Counted from the stretch's first letter, positions 11,126-23,845 are shown. The stretch is 38,911 bases of DNA from Octopus bimaculoides (GCF_001194135.2 NC_068981.1:165799080-165837990); one strand, 5' to 3'. Program-made: numbers and translations. Notes: generated by a model not told the origin, from the letters alone.

Positions 11126-11504
11126 NNNNNNNNNNNNNNNNNNNNNNNNNNNNNNNNNNNNNNNNNNNNNNNNNNNNNNNNNNNNNNNNNNNNNNNNNNN
11201 NNNNNNNNNNNNNNNNNNNNNNNNNNNNNNNNNNNNNNNNNNNNNNNNNNNNNNNNNNNNNNNNNNNNNNNNNNNNNNNNNNNNNNNNNNNNNNNNNNNN
11301 NNNNNNNNNNNNNNNNNNNNNNNNNNNNNNNNNNNNNNNNNNNNNNNNNNNNNNNNNNNNNNNNNNNNNNNNNNNNNNNNNNNNNNNNNNNNNNNNNNNN
11401 NNNNNNNNNNNNNNNNNNNNNNNNNNNNNNNNNNNNNNNNNNNNNNNNNNNNNNNNNNNNNNNNNNNNNNNNNNNNNNNNNNNNNNNNNNNNNNNNNNNN
11501 NNNN
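11126..11504. other. Assembly gap (379 N) between microsatellites
   Basis: Run of N flanked by (GA)n/poly-G and (AT)n. Confidence 0.98.
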
Positions 11505-12115
11505 ATATATATATATATATATATAGGTGTATATGTATATTTAAAACTGGAAGAACTTTCTCAGACACTGTCTGCACAGAAAACAACAGTGAAATTAATA
11601 TCAACATATTTCATGTAAAAAAATATTAAAAAATCTCTTTTTTTCTTTCTCACCACATTAAATATGTTACAACAAACTTAAACTGTTGTTTTTCTTGCAA
11701 ATGACAACTTTAAGTAATTTCTTTCAGTGTTTATTTGTATTCATTAGCAGCTTTTCCAATGAAATTTCTTGCTCCAAACATTAGTTTTTATTTTGCACAG
11801 TATATCATGATAACCTTCTGTTTGTATCTCTTTCTTATCTGATTCATGTAAAACACAAGCCACTTCTAGTGACTATGTGTTATAACTATTTATTTATGTT
11901 TTTGATCATAACTAACGTTTCAATACGTGTCCACAGTCTAAAAATCAGTATTATTGTTGTGACTCATTTACTACTGTTATCACACCCAAAAAAAATAGAA
12001 GATTCTGAAAAAGATTATGTCCCTGCTCACCTTGAAAAGCAGAAGTACAGTTGCTTTTTATCTAAAAATAGAATGTAAATATATAATAATAATAATAACA
12101 ACAATAATAATAATA

Positions 12116-12300
12116 AAGCCATTACAAAAGGTTTGCCTCCTTGGCACAACCAGAATAGTCAGGAAAGTACTAGATAGTTTGAAAAGAATAGCTAGCATGA
12201 TACTGTAGGTTGCAGGTAACCAGCCCACTATGCATGTAAGACTCCAGGAGTTCCAACAAAACCTGAGTTATAAAGAATGATAATGATAATAATAATAATG
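12116..12300 (+). mobile_element. 3' fragment of an R4/Dong-like LINE in an (AAT)n tract
   Basis: Peptide LQKVCLLGTTRIVRKVLD (stop at 12208) resembles the Q-K-x-x-L-L-G-T-x-R-I-x-R C-terminus of R4-clade ORFs. (AAT)n lies on both sides. Confidence 0.6.
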
Positions 12301-12520
12301 ATTTCTAACACAGGTACAAGGCCACAAATGTTAGAAGAGGTGGGAAGGAGTTGATTATACAACCCTTCCTTACTTGAGTGGTACTTATTTTATCTACTAC
12401 AAAAGGATTAAAGCAGAGTTGCCTTCGGCAGGATTTGAATTCAGAATATAAATGAACATAACTAAATATGACAAAACATTTTGTCTACTCTACCACTTAT
12501 TCTGTAGTCTTGCCGCCTTT
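12301..12520 (-). mobile_element. Degenerate SINE of the 37496-37726 family
   Basis: GGTACTTATTTTATC...GGATTTGAATTCAGAAT...CTTGCCGCCT matches the family reverse complement. Confidence 0.65.
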
Positions 12521-14439
12521 ATAATATTGTAAACAAGGTCCAACAGCTAAGGTGTCAAAGTGCTGGATTGCTAACTATACATAATTTAGCAAAAACTCTG
12601 TTTGTCTCAGTCTCCCTGACTAACAAATAGGTTCCATCTAACATGAATCTAAATGCTTTCTGAGCCTTGGAATGCCTTTAAGTCTTTTGTGATGATATTT
12701 CTAATGAATACACTGTCCATTGTGTACAATCCATCCTACTCTGTCTAATATGCGGAAAATAGACCAAGCACAGTAAAATAAAATATAACAGTAGACTATT
12801 TTCCATATAGACTATGGACTCGACTCATAAGGCCAATGTTTTATGTTCATTATTCAGTGTTTTCATTAATTTTATTTATGACTATAGTCCAAAAAGGTTG
12901 GTGCTTGTCTGTAGGGTCTTTAGCACTAGGTACACAGGAGACAAATCTCTTTATGGATAAGATGCTTGTCTATTACATGTGACTTCCTTAAAAATACCGT
13001 GCACATTTTACAGATAAGTAAACTTATAGATCTAATCTCATTTTTTATCAAGTTGAAGGCCTTATCTTACATTTTGTGGAGAAGAGGAAATAGGATGCAG
13101 CAATGCTTATTCCAAGTGTATTAATAGTTTATGTGAAGTGCATTCACTTCAATCAAGGATTGAATTCTTATTAAAGTTTCACCTAAGTATTTAATATTAA
13201 GTGACTTGTTCATAAATGTAACAAAGCTCTTGCAGTAGTTTAAACTTATAACCCATAAGCTTGTTATTTAAAAATATTATAGATTTCCACTTCTACATCC
13301 TGAGTTTAAACTCTGCCAGATTTGAATTTTCATTTCATAGAGTTAATAAAATAGCTACCAGTCATATAGTAATGTAGTTGATTCTATGTCTTCCCTATAA
13401 ATTTGTGTCCTGCTGCCAGACTGTTAAGTCACTATTATAGTTGTTATTATTTGATCAGTCAGGCATGATCAAAAGATTTCCAGTGATAGGAAATAGGACA
13501 CTTAATGAGCATTAATTGTTTATATGAAGGGTAATTACTTCAACCAGGGATTGATTCCAAGTTACAGTATTTTGCTCTTAATTATGAGATTCTATAGATT
13601 GAAGATTATCTAAAGACATTCATGTCATAGAACCAGCAATAGACTATGGTAAAGTTCAGTAGTGATCATTGTATTTAGTTACGTAACTTCATATTCAATG
13701 GTAAAATCCTGCTAAAGTTGATCATATCTTTTTGGAATAAATAAAATGAATACTAGTCATATATCGGAGTTGACTAAATCAACTATTCTCCAGTCACAAA
13801 ATGTGTATCTTTTAAGTTGTGAATGAAGTGCAGTCTGGTAATCTGAGCATGTGGCATATAGTTTTCTATCATTTCTGTTTATTTGATGAAGTATAATTTT
13901 GGTTTAGACTGCAGTCAAGGGAAAGCTAGTTGAACTCATATCAATTGATGGCAGATTGAATTCCTTGAGGGCATATTTTCATGATAACTCATATTACAGC
14001 TGTTATAGGTGTGTATGTTTGTGTCTTTTAGGGTGAGCTGAATTTAAGAGCATGAGAGAGAAAGTGATTCTCAGATGATATCATAGTCGTATCACTGGTA
14101 TGTTGTAATAATGTGTTTAAACAGTTTCAGATGGTTGGTACATGGATGTACAAGCTGTAACAAGCTGCTGTTAGGAATTGTGTTTAAATAAACCGGTTGC
14201 TATTATTGTTGATCAAGTGTTGTTATCATTGTTGCTGTTGTCATGGCGGTGTAACTCTGGTCAGTCCTGATTAAGCAAAACTATGTCATATAAGTAATTA
14301 AGGTGAATGACCAAATACAGTTTGCAGCTGTATTATTCCAGTGCTTTTGTCAATGAAAGGAATTGCATGGGATGGAGCCTACTGCAACTAAAACTGTCCC
14401 ATTCATATTTCTCGGTGGTCATTCAGAGGTATTTTTGTT

Positions 14440-14550
14440 ACCTTGTATATATGATTTGAATGCAGCATTTGACGATGTGAACCATGCTATCTTGTGTCCT
14501 TTATTGTTTGTTGTTGAGAGATTGTGGTCTAAGTAGGGATAGCATTATCC
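14440..14550 (+). mobile_element. Probable fossil L2/CR1-type RT fragment
   Basis: 14453 onward translates DLNAAFDDVNHAIL, resembling the LDLSAAFDTVDHxIL RT motif. Short and degraded. Confidence 0.4.
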
Positions 14551-15244
14551 ATGCATAATCTAATGTTTTTATTTCTTTCAGAATTTGTAACAATTCATGT
14601 TGAAGCTGTATGGTGTGTGCATGTGTGTCTAATGGGATGAGAGAAAAAAATCTGTGTGTGTGAATGATTATAAAATGATATTGTAGTCTTATCTTTGTGT
14701 GTTTCTATATTGTGTCTGTGTTTGATTTTGTTGTCATTTGGTAAACCCTAGATCTGCTCTAATTGATCTTACCTATGATCAAAAATATGTCAACCATGAT
14801 AAACCAGTCTTTTTCTTAGGTGCATTGCAACATGCCGTTCTTTTCAAAGACTGTAAGCTAAAGGAAATATTGTCACTATTTCAGGTCAAGCAACCATGCA
14901 GAGGCTCCTTTATTTGTTCCTTATTGAGGTTGTTGGGGTTGTAATATCTTACTAGCGTTGTGTTTCTAACTGCCATCCAAAACCTCATGGTGAAACTGTT
15001 ACGATGAGTTCAACAGAAGTACCAAATCTAATCACTACAGTTTTTAATGATTCTACTCCATACTAGTTGCAATAAGTGAAGTACTTTAGTGAACTTTACC
15101 AATAAATCATTTCTCATCTTTAAAGTAGATCAGTATAATTACTTATTGATTAAATATATATTTTTTTTGAAAGTATAAAAACAATTTGCTTTAAAATGTA
15201 TTGCCGTGCTTTGTACATTATTTATTGAAAATCATGAACTAAAC

Positions 15245-15293
<49 letters not shown>

Positions 15294-15299
15294 CCACCC

Positions 15300-15499
15300 C
15301 TGGTGTCAGGTCAATGACACCCATGCTGGTGGCACATAAAAGTACCCACTACACTCTCGGAGTGGTTGGCATTAGGAAGGACATCCAGCTGTAAAAACCA
15401 TGCCAAATCAGATTGGAGCCTGGCGCAGCCCCCCTACCAGTTTTCAGTCAAACCATCCAACCCATGCCAGCATGGAAAGCGGATGTAAAACAATGATGA

Positions 15500-15502
<3 letters not shown>
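15300..15502 (+). mobile_element. RTE LINE 3' UTR fragment
   Basis: GGTTGGCATTAGGAAGGACATCCAGCTGTA...CCAACCCATGCCAGCATGGAAAGCGGATG followed by an (ATG)n tail. Confidence 0.85.
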
Positions 15503-15540
<38 letters not shown>

Positions 15541-15974
15541 GCATCATTTACATAGCGGTGGAATTGTTCAGAGATGAAAAAGTTTTTATGAAATCTTCCA
15601 ATATTATCAAAATGTTATACTGTAATATGTTTAGATGATATATATTGTAACATAAAATATATTGTAGTCATTATATATCTGTTCACCTATATATTTATGT
15701 GTCTAACTATATTCTTATGGATTTTGTTCCTGCTACTTATTTTATCAATTATTATTTGGTGGACCACAAATTATGTTTTTTTTTTTACATAATACTTTTA
15801 TTATATAAAATTTCTCTGAGAACTATGGATCTTAATCTTGATAAATTACAAGGCTCATGAAAAAATATATTAGTGAAATTTTTCGTCCCATTCCTTTAGT
15901 AATGAGAAAACACAATATCATTTGATTCTACATAATCCTTCTTTTGCTTTTGATGTTGGACAAATTTAAAAAGT

Positions 15975-16515
15975 TTAACCCTTTAGCATTTAAACCAGCC
16001 ATATCTGGCCAAAATATTCTACTTATTTTATATTCAAGTTGGCCAGATGCAGCTTTTCACACCTACACTATAATGTCATTATAAAAATGCACATAATGCA
16101 TGATTAATTCAAAACAATGTGAATAAATAAGCATTACATTTGACAAAGTAATATGAAAGCATGAAGGCACATGGCTCAGTGGTTAGAGTGTTGAGCTTAG
16201 GATCGTGAGGTTGTGAGTTCGAAACCTGGACCTGGCTGCGTGTTGTGTTCTTAAGCAAGACGCTTTATTTCATGTTGCTCCAGTTTACTCCGCTGTAGAA
16301 ATGAGTTGCAACGACACTGGTGCCAAGCTGTATCGGCCTTTGTCTTTCCCTTGGATAACACTGGTGGCATGGAGAGGGGAGGCCAGTATGCATGGGTGAC
16401 TGCTGGTCTTCACAACTTTGCCCGAACTTGTGCCTGGGAGGGTAACTTTCTAGGTGCAATCCTATGGTCAGTCATGACCGAAGGGGTTCTCAGAGTATGA
16501 AAGCTAATGGCTTAA
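15975..16515. mobile_element. piggyBac-like MITE interrupted by a SINE
   Basis: Starts TTAACCCTTTAGCATTT; homologous to 6874-7101; degenerate right end TATGAAAGCTAATGGCTTAA after the SINE. Confidence 0.65.
16161..16495 (+). mobile_element. Full-length tRNA-derived CORE-type SINE with a 9-bp TSD
   Basis: A box TGGCTCAGTGGTTAG, B box GAGTTCGAAACC, CORE-like TGTGTTCTTAAGCAAGACGCTTT. TSD TATGAAAGC at 16152-16160 and 16496-16504. A truncated relative lies at ~34005-34275. Confidence 0.85.
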
Positions 16516-16657
16516 AAGCATATTAATTTTATTAAATATCTGGATTTATCCAAACCCCCTCCTCCCCTCACACTTTTCAATTTTTATGGAACTCACTGAG
16601 AAACACTATCATAGAAAGAATAAGAAAGGTTTGATTCAAATAAAAAGAAAAAAATTG

Positions 16658-16980
16658 GCACTCTGTCAGTTGTGACGATGAGTGTTCCAATTGAGTCGAT
16701 CAATGGAACAGCCTGCTCATGAAATTATCGAGCAAGTAGCCCAGTATTCCACAGACACACATATCCTTAATGTAGTTTTTAGGGAGATTCAGTAAGACAC
16801 AGAATGTGACAAGGCTGGCCCTTTCAAATATAGGTACTACTCATTTTTTTCCAGCTGATTAGACTGGGGTATTGTGAAATAAAGTGTCTTGCTCAATGAC
16901 AGAACACATCACTAAGTATCGGACTCACAACCTTATGATTGTGAACCTAATATGCTACCCACTGAGCTACATGCCTTCAC
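16658..16980 (-). mobile_element. tRNA/CORE SINE with the 3' module of the 27317-27699 family
   Basis: Minus-strand head GTGAAGGCATGTAGCTCAGTGGGTAG; the 3' half is homologous to 27317-27500. Confidence 0.75.
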
Positions 16981-17404
16981 AATTTGAATAATAAAGAAAC
17001 AAAACAATATCATTTGAATTTAGACAGAAACAACTGTGTATCAGAGTATGCTAAACTATAGAAAAATCTTTAATATTTTTCATTGCTTTAGTTACTTCTG
17101 TAGAATTTGCAAATTAGACGATAAACTATTTTTCGCTGCTCTAGTTACTTATTGAATTTGCAGAATATATATTAGATAATTTTTATTTTTGCTTAAAGTT
17201 TTTCAAGATTATCGTTGAATTAGTAACATAAATCAAGTGCACCAATAATTTCTCTGTCTAACTGATTTTTGGATGTAATGTTCACACCCACCAGACATCT
17301 GACCTCCACACAACAATACATTATTTATTCTATTTATTTCTGAGCATTATGAATGTTTATGAATGTTATAGAGACTTAAACAAAACTGATTTTTTTATAA
17401 GGTT

Positions 17405-17780
17405 TATACATGACCATGTGGTTAAGAACCTCACTTTACAATGGCATGGTTTCAGTTTCAATCCTACTACATTAATTATATCTTTTACTATAATCTCATG
17501 CCAACCAATGCTTTGTGAGTGAATTCAGTAAATGGACTGTGTGGAAGCCTACTGTATGCGTTTGTCCCTCACCACCACCACCACCACCTCTTGACAATAT
17601 GTGTTGGTTTGTTTATGTCCCTGCAATTTAGTGATTCAGCAAAAGAGACCAATAGAACAAGAAAGAAGCTTAAGAAATTAGTATTGGGGTCGATTTGTTT
17701 GACCAAACCCTTCAAGGTGGTACCTCAGCATGGCTTTAGTCCAATGACGCAAGGAGTAAAAAAAAAAAAAAAGCTGATAA
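17405..17780 (+). mobile_element. Composite SINE (same family as 4845-5225)
   Basis: Shared head, GCTTTGTGAGTGAATT, TGGGGTCGATTTGTTTGAC and CAGCATGGC modules. Confidence 0.65.
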
Positions 17781-18044
17781 AATGCAAGATGACATGTAAA
17801 GTGACAAATTGAGTTGTTAGAGCATAAAACAAAATTCCTTGCAATGTCCCAGTTCTTCATACTCTGAGTTCAAATCCCATTGAAGTCAATTTTGTCTTTC
17901 ATCCTTTCAGGATCAATAAAATTAAGTACCGATCTAGATCAGTGAATTGGTAGGATTGTCAGAGCAAAGGATGAGATGCTTTTTGAGGTTTGGTTCAGCT
18001 CTTTGCATTTTGAGTGCTTAGGTGGTAAATTTAATCCATAATCC

Positions 18045-18285
18045 AATTTGCTTTTGATACCAACTCACTTGGAACCACCCTAAAAACTTCCTATCTTAAA
18101 GGGGTCTAACTTCCTATCTTAAAGGGATCTAAATTAAAATCTTTCATCTAAATTTCATGTTAGTTTATGTTCCAAAACACCAGCTTAATAATGACTAACT
18201 TATTTTATTATATCCTTCATTATTTCCAAATTAATTAAAAGAAAAATAATGTATTTTACCAGAAATATGGTAACCAAAGGGTTAA
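18045..18285. mobile_element. Second TTAA-ended MITE, degraded left end
   Basis: Right end AAATATGGTAACCAAAGGGTTAA; the left end only partly matches (CTTTTGATACC). Internal duplication of AACTTCCTATCTTAAAGGG. Confidence 0.4.
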
Positions 18286-18454
18286 TACCACCACCTGATC
18301 CTTAGAGGGGTGGGGCTTTAGCAAAAGACACTTATTGCAAGCATTTGAGCCAACATAACAGGTTTATAGATATCATCTTGTTCATTATCCGTGCCATTTG
18401 TCCTGCAAAGATCAATAAAATAATGTATAATATGAAGCCCAATGGTTTTGAATG

Positions 18455-18600
18455 AAGGCATGTGGCCTAGTTGTCAAGGTATTGCACTCAAAATCACAAG
18501 ATCATGGTTTCAATTCCTCGACTAGGCAATGAATTTTTTTTTTTGACAAAACTCTTAATTCTATGTTGGTCCAGTCTACTCAGCTGTAAATGGGTTACCT
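18455..18600 (+). mobile_element. Degenerate tRNA/CORE SINE 5' half
   Basis: GAAGGCATGTGGCCTAGTTG...GGTTTCAATTCC...CCAGTCTACTCAGCTGTAAATGGG. Confidence 0.65.
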
Positions 18601-19429
18601 TCAGGAAGGATGTTGTGATTTCTGTCACTTATATGCTATGGAAACCAGGAAATCAACCCTTTGACTCCTTGGGCTCAAGACTGCTTAGTTACAAGGATTT
18701 TGAGGTTAAGGCACAGGATGTATGGTAAAGTTGAATCCATGTGTGAATTGAACTCAGAGGAGCAAGGTAATGAGTGAGTGAAATGATATTTGTAAACTGT
18801 GTTGGTTAGCTCTTTACTGCTTATACCAAATGTACTGCTGTATATCATTAGAAAAGATCAAAAGATAAGAAGAAAAGAACTGCTGTTTTATTCTATAGAA
18901 TTGCTATAAGTAACCACTTTTGTCAGTAGAAACATTTTATCTTTTGTAGTCTAGTGTAGCTTTATAGATGTTTTCTTTTCCTTTTCTTAGTTTTTATGCT
19001 ATTGTCTCTAATTCCTTACAGACATAAGGAAAGGTTGTTGGTAGACAATAGAAAATTGGAACAAAATAGATCAATTATCAAACAATTGATTTCTTTCATT
19101 GGTACAAAACCCCATTTTTTCTTAAAATTAAGAGAAAATGAGATTTTGTGATGTTCATTCATTTCTAAATGGTTTTAGCAGTGTAATTGAAATCATAGTA
19201 ACAGCTAGAAATTGAAACCAGGTTGTTAGACTTTGCTTTCTGTAAACTTTTACTATATTGCACACATCAACTCATCCCCACGATGATGATAGTGATAATA
19301 ATGACTTCTAAGAACAACCAATTTCCCATGGTAGAGCTGCATGGCTGTCATCAAATGAATTCAATTTATATCTCCAAAAGTTTGTTGATTTTTCATTATA
19401 ACAGTAGTGGTGCAAATTGGTGTTGTTGT

Positions 19430-19650
19430 TGTTTAACCCCCAGTTAACCTTGTTCAAGAAAATCTGTGATAAAAAGCACAAAGGTATTCCAGGTGTAGCC
19501 AACTCACCTTTCTGTGTATATCTAAAACTATATTGTCCATTATTTCTTACCTCTTTTCTTTTTTTTAAAACAGTGGATGATTTGAAGGAGATTTGGCTAC
19601 TATTTTTTGCAAGTTGAGTGACCATGTACAGGCTCCTTTGTTGATTCAAG
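19430..19650 (+). mobile_element. Family X retroposon copy
   Basis: AAAGGTATTCCAG and GAAGGAGATTTGGCTACTATTTTTTGC; homologous to the 3465-3643 reverse complement. Confidence 0.55.
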
Positions 19651-19960
19651 TGGTACAACTTGTGTAAAATGACAAACAATACCTTTATGTGGATAACAAT
19701 GTAGGAAATAGACATTTTTTATGCTAATTGACTGAGTTATTAGAATGTAGGACAAAATATTTCACAGTATTTATTTCAGTTCTCTTCATTCTGAGTTCAA
19801 ATGTCACTGAAGTCAACTTTGTCTTCCATTTGTTTGAGCTGTTAAAATAGAAAGTACCTGCACACAGCAATGGATTAGCAGAATTGTAAAAGTAATTCTT
19901 TAAATTCTGAGTTCTTGGTTGTAAACTTAATCCATCACCCAGTTTAAGACCACCATCTGA

Positions 19961-20105
19961 TACTTGGGTGCCTTTTGCAGGGTCCACTCTGTTGCAAGCC
20001 TTTAAGCCAGGTTTGAGAATAACAGTAGGATGAATGGAGGAAGTTATTCTCAAACCTGGCTTAAAGGCTTGCAACAGAGTGGACCCTGCAAAAGGCACCC
20101 AAGTA
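19961..20105. repeat. Perfect 63-bp inverted repeat with a 19-bp spacer
   Basis: 19961-20023 is the exact reverse complement of 20043-20105; the spacer is AGTAGGATGAATGGAGGAA. Confidence 0.97.
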
Positions 20106-21599
20106 AAATTAATATAGTGTTGCTGCCAGTGTTGGGTAATAATCTGCAAATTTAGTAATGTGGAAAAAATAGAATTAATTGATTGAAAATAATGCTTAGT
20201 GTGTGTAATGATTTTGCAATGCTGCTCTATAGAAAAATGTTTTTCTATATTTTGATTTTATTTGTTTTTGTAATTTACACCTGTTCATAATTAACAGAAA
20301 GAGATTTGTGCTTTTAACTGAATGGTACACCTGATTATTTAAATAACATCACCTTCTAGTTGAATAGTACACCTTGACAAGTTGATTTGTTGAACAGACT
20401 TAGTTGGGTGAATGGCACTTCATTAGGTGAATGAGCCTGACACAAGACTTGGCAAGTTGAATGTTATCTGATTGGTAGACTCAAGCTGGTACACAAAAGT
20501 AGTCATGATGTGCTTGATGCACTCAATTACAAAACATATTTTTGCCATGTTATTTTCCTTGCTTTTTCTGGTTTTTTTACTTTTACGTACTGTCATGGCT
20601 TGGATGAATACTTTTCAGTTAGAGTAGTCACTTGATAAGTACAGTATCTTGCCCTAGAGGATATAGCCACAAATAACTGTTGTAGAGGTTGTATCCATGA
20701 CAAATAAAGGCTGTGATTCCATTCATCCACTTCTTGCTAAGCACTTAACTTTCTTAACTGACTAATCAGAGATTCTACTGTCTCGTCTGCACTTCTTTCG
20801 ATACATGTTTCAGGCAAATGTATTGACTTGACTATCTTTACACTCTGCTTGTGCCATATCTCAGAAAAATCATGTAAATACACAAACTGAACAAGCATCT
20901 TTTATGTTTGTCTACTACATTTATTTTTACAAAATCTGTTTGGTTCACCACTAGCTATTTATTTTTCTTTCTTATAGCTCTACAAATCATTCTTGTTACC
21001 TTATGACATTAAGGTATCTTTACTGTTTATTTTTGAAAACTTTACACCATCTCATCATGCCACTCACTGGTATACCATGTATATACACCCATGAGTATAT
21101 GTATATATAGAGTATACTAGGTATGCAATTTGAATCAGTAATTGTCAAAGAATAAATTATTTAATATAATTTACTATGTAATGAATTGAATTTTTTATAA
21201 TTAATTATTAAAATGTTAATACAATTTCGCTTTCAATTAATTGCTGTACTATCAGTTGTTAACAGCATAAAGTAAAGTAATGCATAAAGTAAGAAAACAG
21301 TAAATAACTACTCTAAAGTATTTTGTTTGGCTGTGTTTTAGAGCTTAGGTTTCTTTCAACAACAGTCAGTTGTTTATCATAAATCTACCTCCTGTTTATT
21401 TATAAATATAGTACACTGTCATGTAAGCTTATGACATATATATATATAAAGCATTGTTGAAGAACAACTATCAAAACACCGTTCAAAATACATCTTGTAT
21501 GTCACAGATACCAATTTAAACATTGAGGCTTGTAGCAAGAATTGTAAAGTTTAAGTTGAAAGAGTAGGATATTACAACAGTTGTGTTAAAGCTCACGTG

Positions 21600-21780
21600 T
21601 TGTTTAGCACAGTTACAGCCTTGACTGAACAAACCTATTAAAGGCATTCCAGTTATGACTATTTGCCTATTTAAAAAAAAAATTTTAGACATTTTATCTT
21701 GGACTACATTTTTTATGATGGTAGAATGTAGTTTGAGGGAGATTTAGTTGCAGTTTCTTGTAATTTGAAGTTGTCTGTAA
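21600..21780 (+). mobile_element. Family X retroposon copy
   Basis: AAAGGCATTCCAGTTATGAC and TTTGAGGGAGATTTAGTTGCAGTTTCT motifs. Confidence 0.5.
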
Positions 21781-22974
21781 GTATTCATGTTGATAATGAT
21801 GGTGATAGTGTTTTTGGATGAAATTATCTTGTAGTCAAGTGCTTGTAAAGATGATATTCCAGAATTCTGTTTGGAATTATGGTTTATCATTAATCCAAAG
21901 GTATTGGTTTCCACCAGACTTTTATTATTTTATGTCCAAATTATTATAGTTGAGTAGTTTGATGAAACACCGTTTTTGTTTTATGTAGAAGAATGGGGAC
22001 AGCAGGCAGTTCCCGTAACCCTTGCAGGTCCTTCAAGACTGGGAAGTTTGCTATAGCCAATGTTCAACCCTAACATTTGTAATCTATGTCTGCATTAAAT
22101 TTGATTGTGAAGCAGGTAGAGGCTTACTCAGACCGCTTGCAATGGAGTAAACTCCTTGAAAAGCATTACAGAAAGTGTTGGTATTAAATTAGAAAATATA
22201 TTTGGTTTTCTTTTATAGAAACATTGTGATCTCCAAAAGGGGTGGCTATATCTATTAGTAGGCATCCCCTTATATTTTTCTGTTTACAAAATGGCTTCAT
22301 GATTTGTTCAACTTGCTCAGTTGGTAGTCATTGAAATGTTCCATAATATAGTTTCCTTTTTCAACTGTAGTAACAGAGTTATGGGCAATGCTCATAACAG
22401 TTTTCAGTGTAGGAATAATGATGATGATGATAATGGAGGTGGGGGGTAGTGTTTAGAATACAGGTAGTAAATTAGACTACCTATGTCTTATCAGCATAGC
22501 CAGATGTATATATCAAGAGCATTTGAAAGAGATGAGAAATGAAAGAATCTTATGACCTACAAGGTCTTTTCTTATATATGGAAAAATTAATCAATAAACT
22601 TGGAACAGAAATAGCTTTCCTCACTTGCCAAAATACATATGAAATAAGCTATCTGAAAAGCGAGCAAATGTGGCCAGATTGTCTTTGGTAAATCTGTTTA
22701 ATTTGACAATGTGTTTCTGATGAAGATGAGGTGAGACATGTCTCTCGATCTGGACCACTTAATAAAAGCACACTGCGGTTTATTAAGGAGAAACAATTGA
22801 GTAATGATAAATTTCAATTGTTTAGAATCTAAAATAATTTTTTTGTTACCTCCACATCCAACAAATTATAATTCTCATAATAGTCATCATGATTATTCTG
22901 AAGGTGATGACGGGCAGAATCTGTTGCAGACCAGGCTAAATGCCTAGTATTATTTACTTATTATATTTGATGAC

Positions 22975-23335
22975 ATGACAAAGGACCGAGATATCTGGCA
23001 CTTTTCTGTACTCAAGAGGACCTGTCCTCCACAGCAGAAGTGTTAAGGCCAGTCCCCTTGATGAAGAGGATTAGCCTGCAAGAGTCATGTGCCAGTACCA
23101 CATAAAAATCACTCATGCTATTGCCACGTAAGAGCACTTGTGCTGGTGTAACATTCAAAGCACCTAGCATACATTGTAAAGTGGTTGGCGATATGAAGGG
23201 CATCCGGTTGTAGAAACCACGCCAAATCAGACTGGAACCTGGTGCAGCTTTCCAGCTTACCAGCTCTGATCAATCTGTCAAACCCATGCCACCAGCATGG
23301 AAAGCATGAAAAGGATGATGATGATGATGATATGC
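22975..23335 (+). mobile_element. RTE LINE 3' end (ORF C-terminus, 3' UTR, tail)
   Basis: Translates MTKDRDIWHFSVLKRTCPPQQKC* (cf. MTSDRDLWRCAVREKT); then GAAGGGCATCC, CCCATGCC..CAGCATGGAAAG and (GAT)n. Confidence 0.8.
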
Positions 23336-23599
23336 ACTTTTTTCTAGAAAAAAATCTTAGAAAAAGCACCCTGGGTCCTGTTGTGAAGCTGGATTTCCCA
23401 TAAGCAAATTTTGTCCTTGCACTGCTAAAATTGGGGTGTGTCTAATGTGCCTGTGCATCATTTATGCTCTAAACCTGCTGCAGTTAACTTTACCTTTCAT
23501 CATCATGGTTCAATGAAATAATAGGCCAGGTACTGGATAATTATTGAATCAACATACCTTTGTGGACTTGTGCTTCTTGTTAGAACTCATTATTATATG

Positions 23600-23804
23600 C
23601 TTTGTGCCACTTCTTCCAGCTTTTACTTTCTGAATTCAAATTCTGTCATGTCATCTTTGCCCTTCATCCTTTCAGGGCCAATAAAATAAGTACCAGCCAG
23701 GTGCTGGGGTCATCATAATCAACTACCTTGTCTCCCAAAATTTCAAGCCTTGTGCTTATAATAGAAAGCATTGTCTTCATCATCATTGTTAATTATTATT
23801 ATTA

Positions 23805-23845
<41 letters not shown>

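Noticed and set aside
10939-11618. ORFs of 148-222 aa
   Set aside because: They span the second N gap and flanking microsatellites.
16166-16230. tRNA genes (also at ~27630-27699 and ~16915-16980)
   Set aside because: A and B boxes are present, but there is no complete cloverleaf and each continues into a SINE body.
19724-20149. 141-aa minus-strand ORF
   Set aside because: It is assembled from the inverted repeat and SINE fragments; no protein motif.
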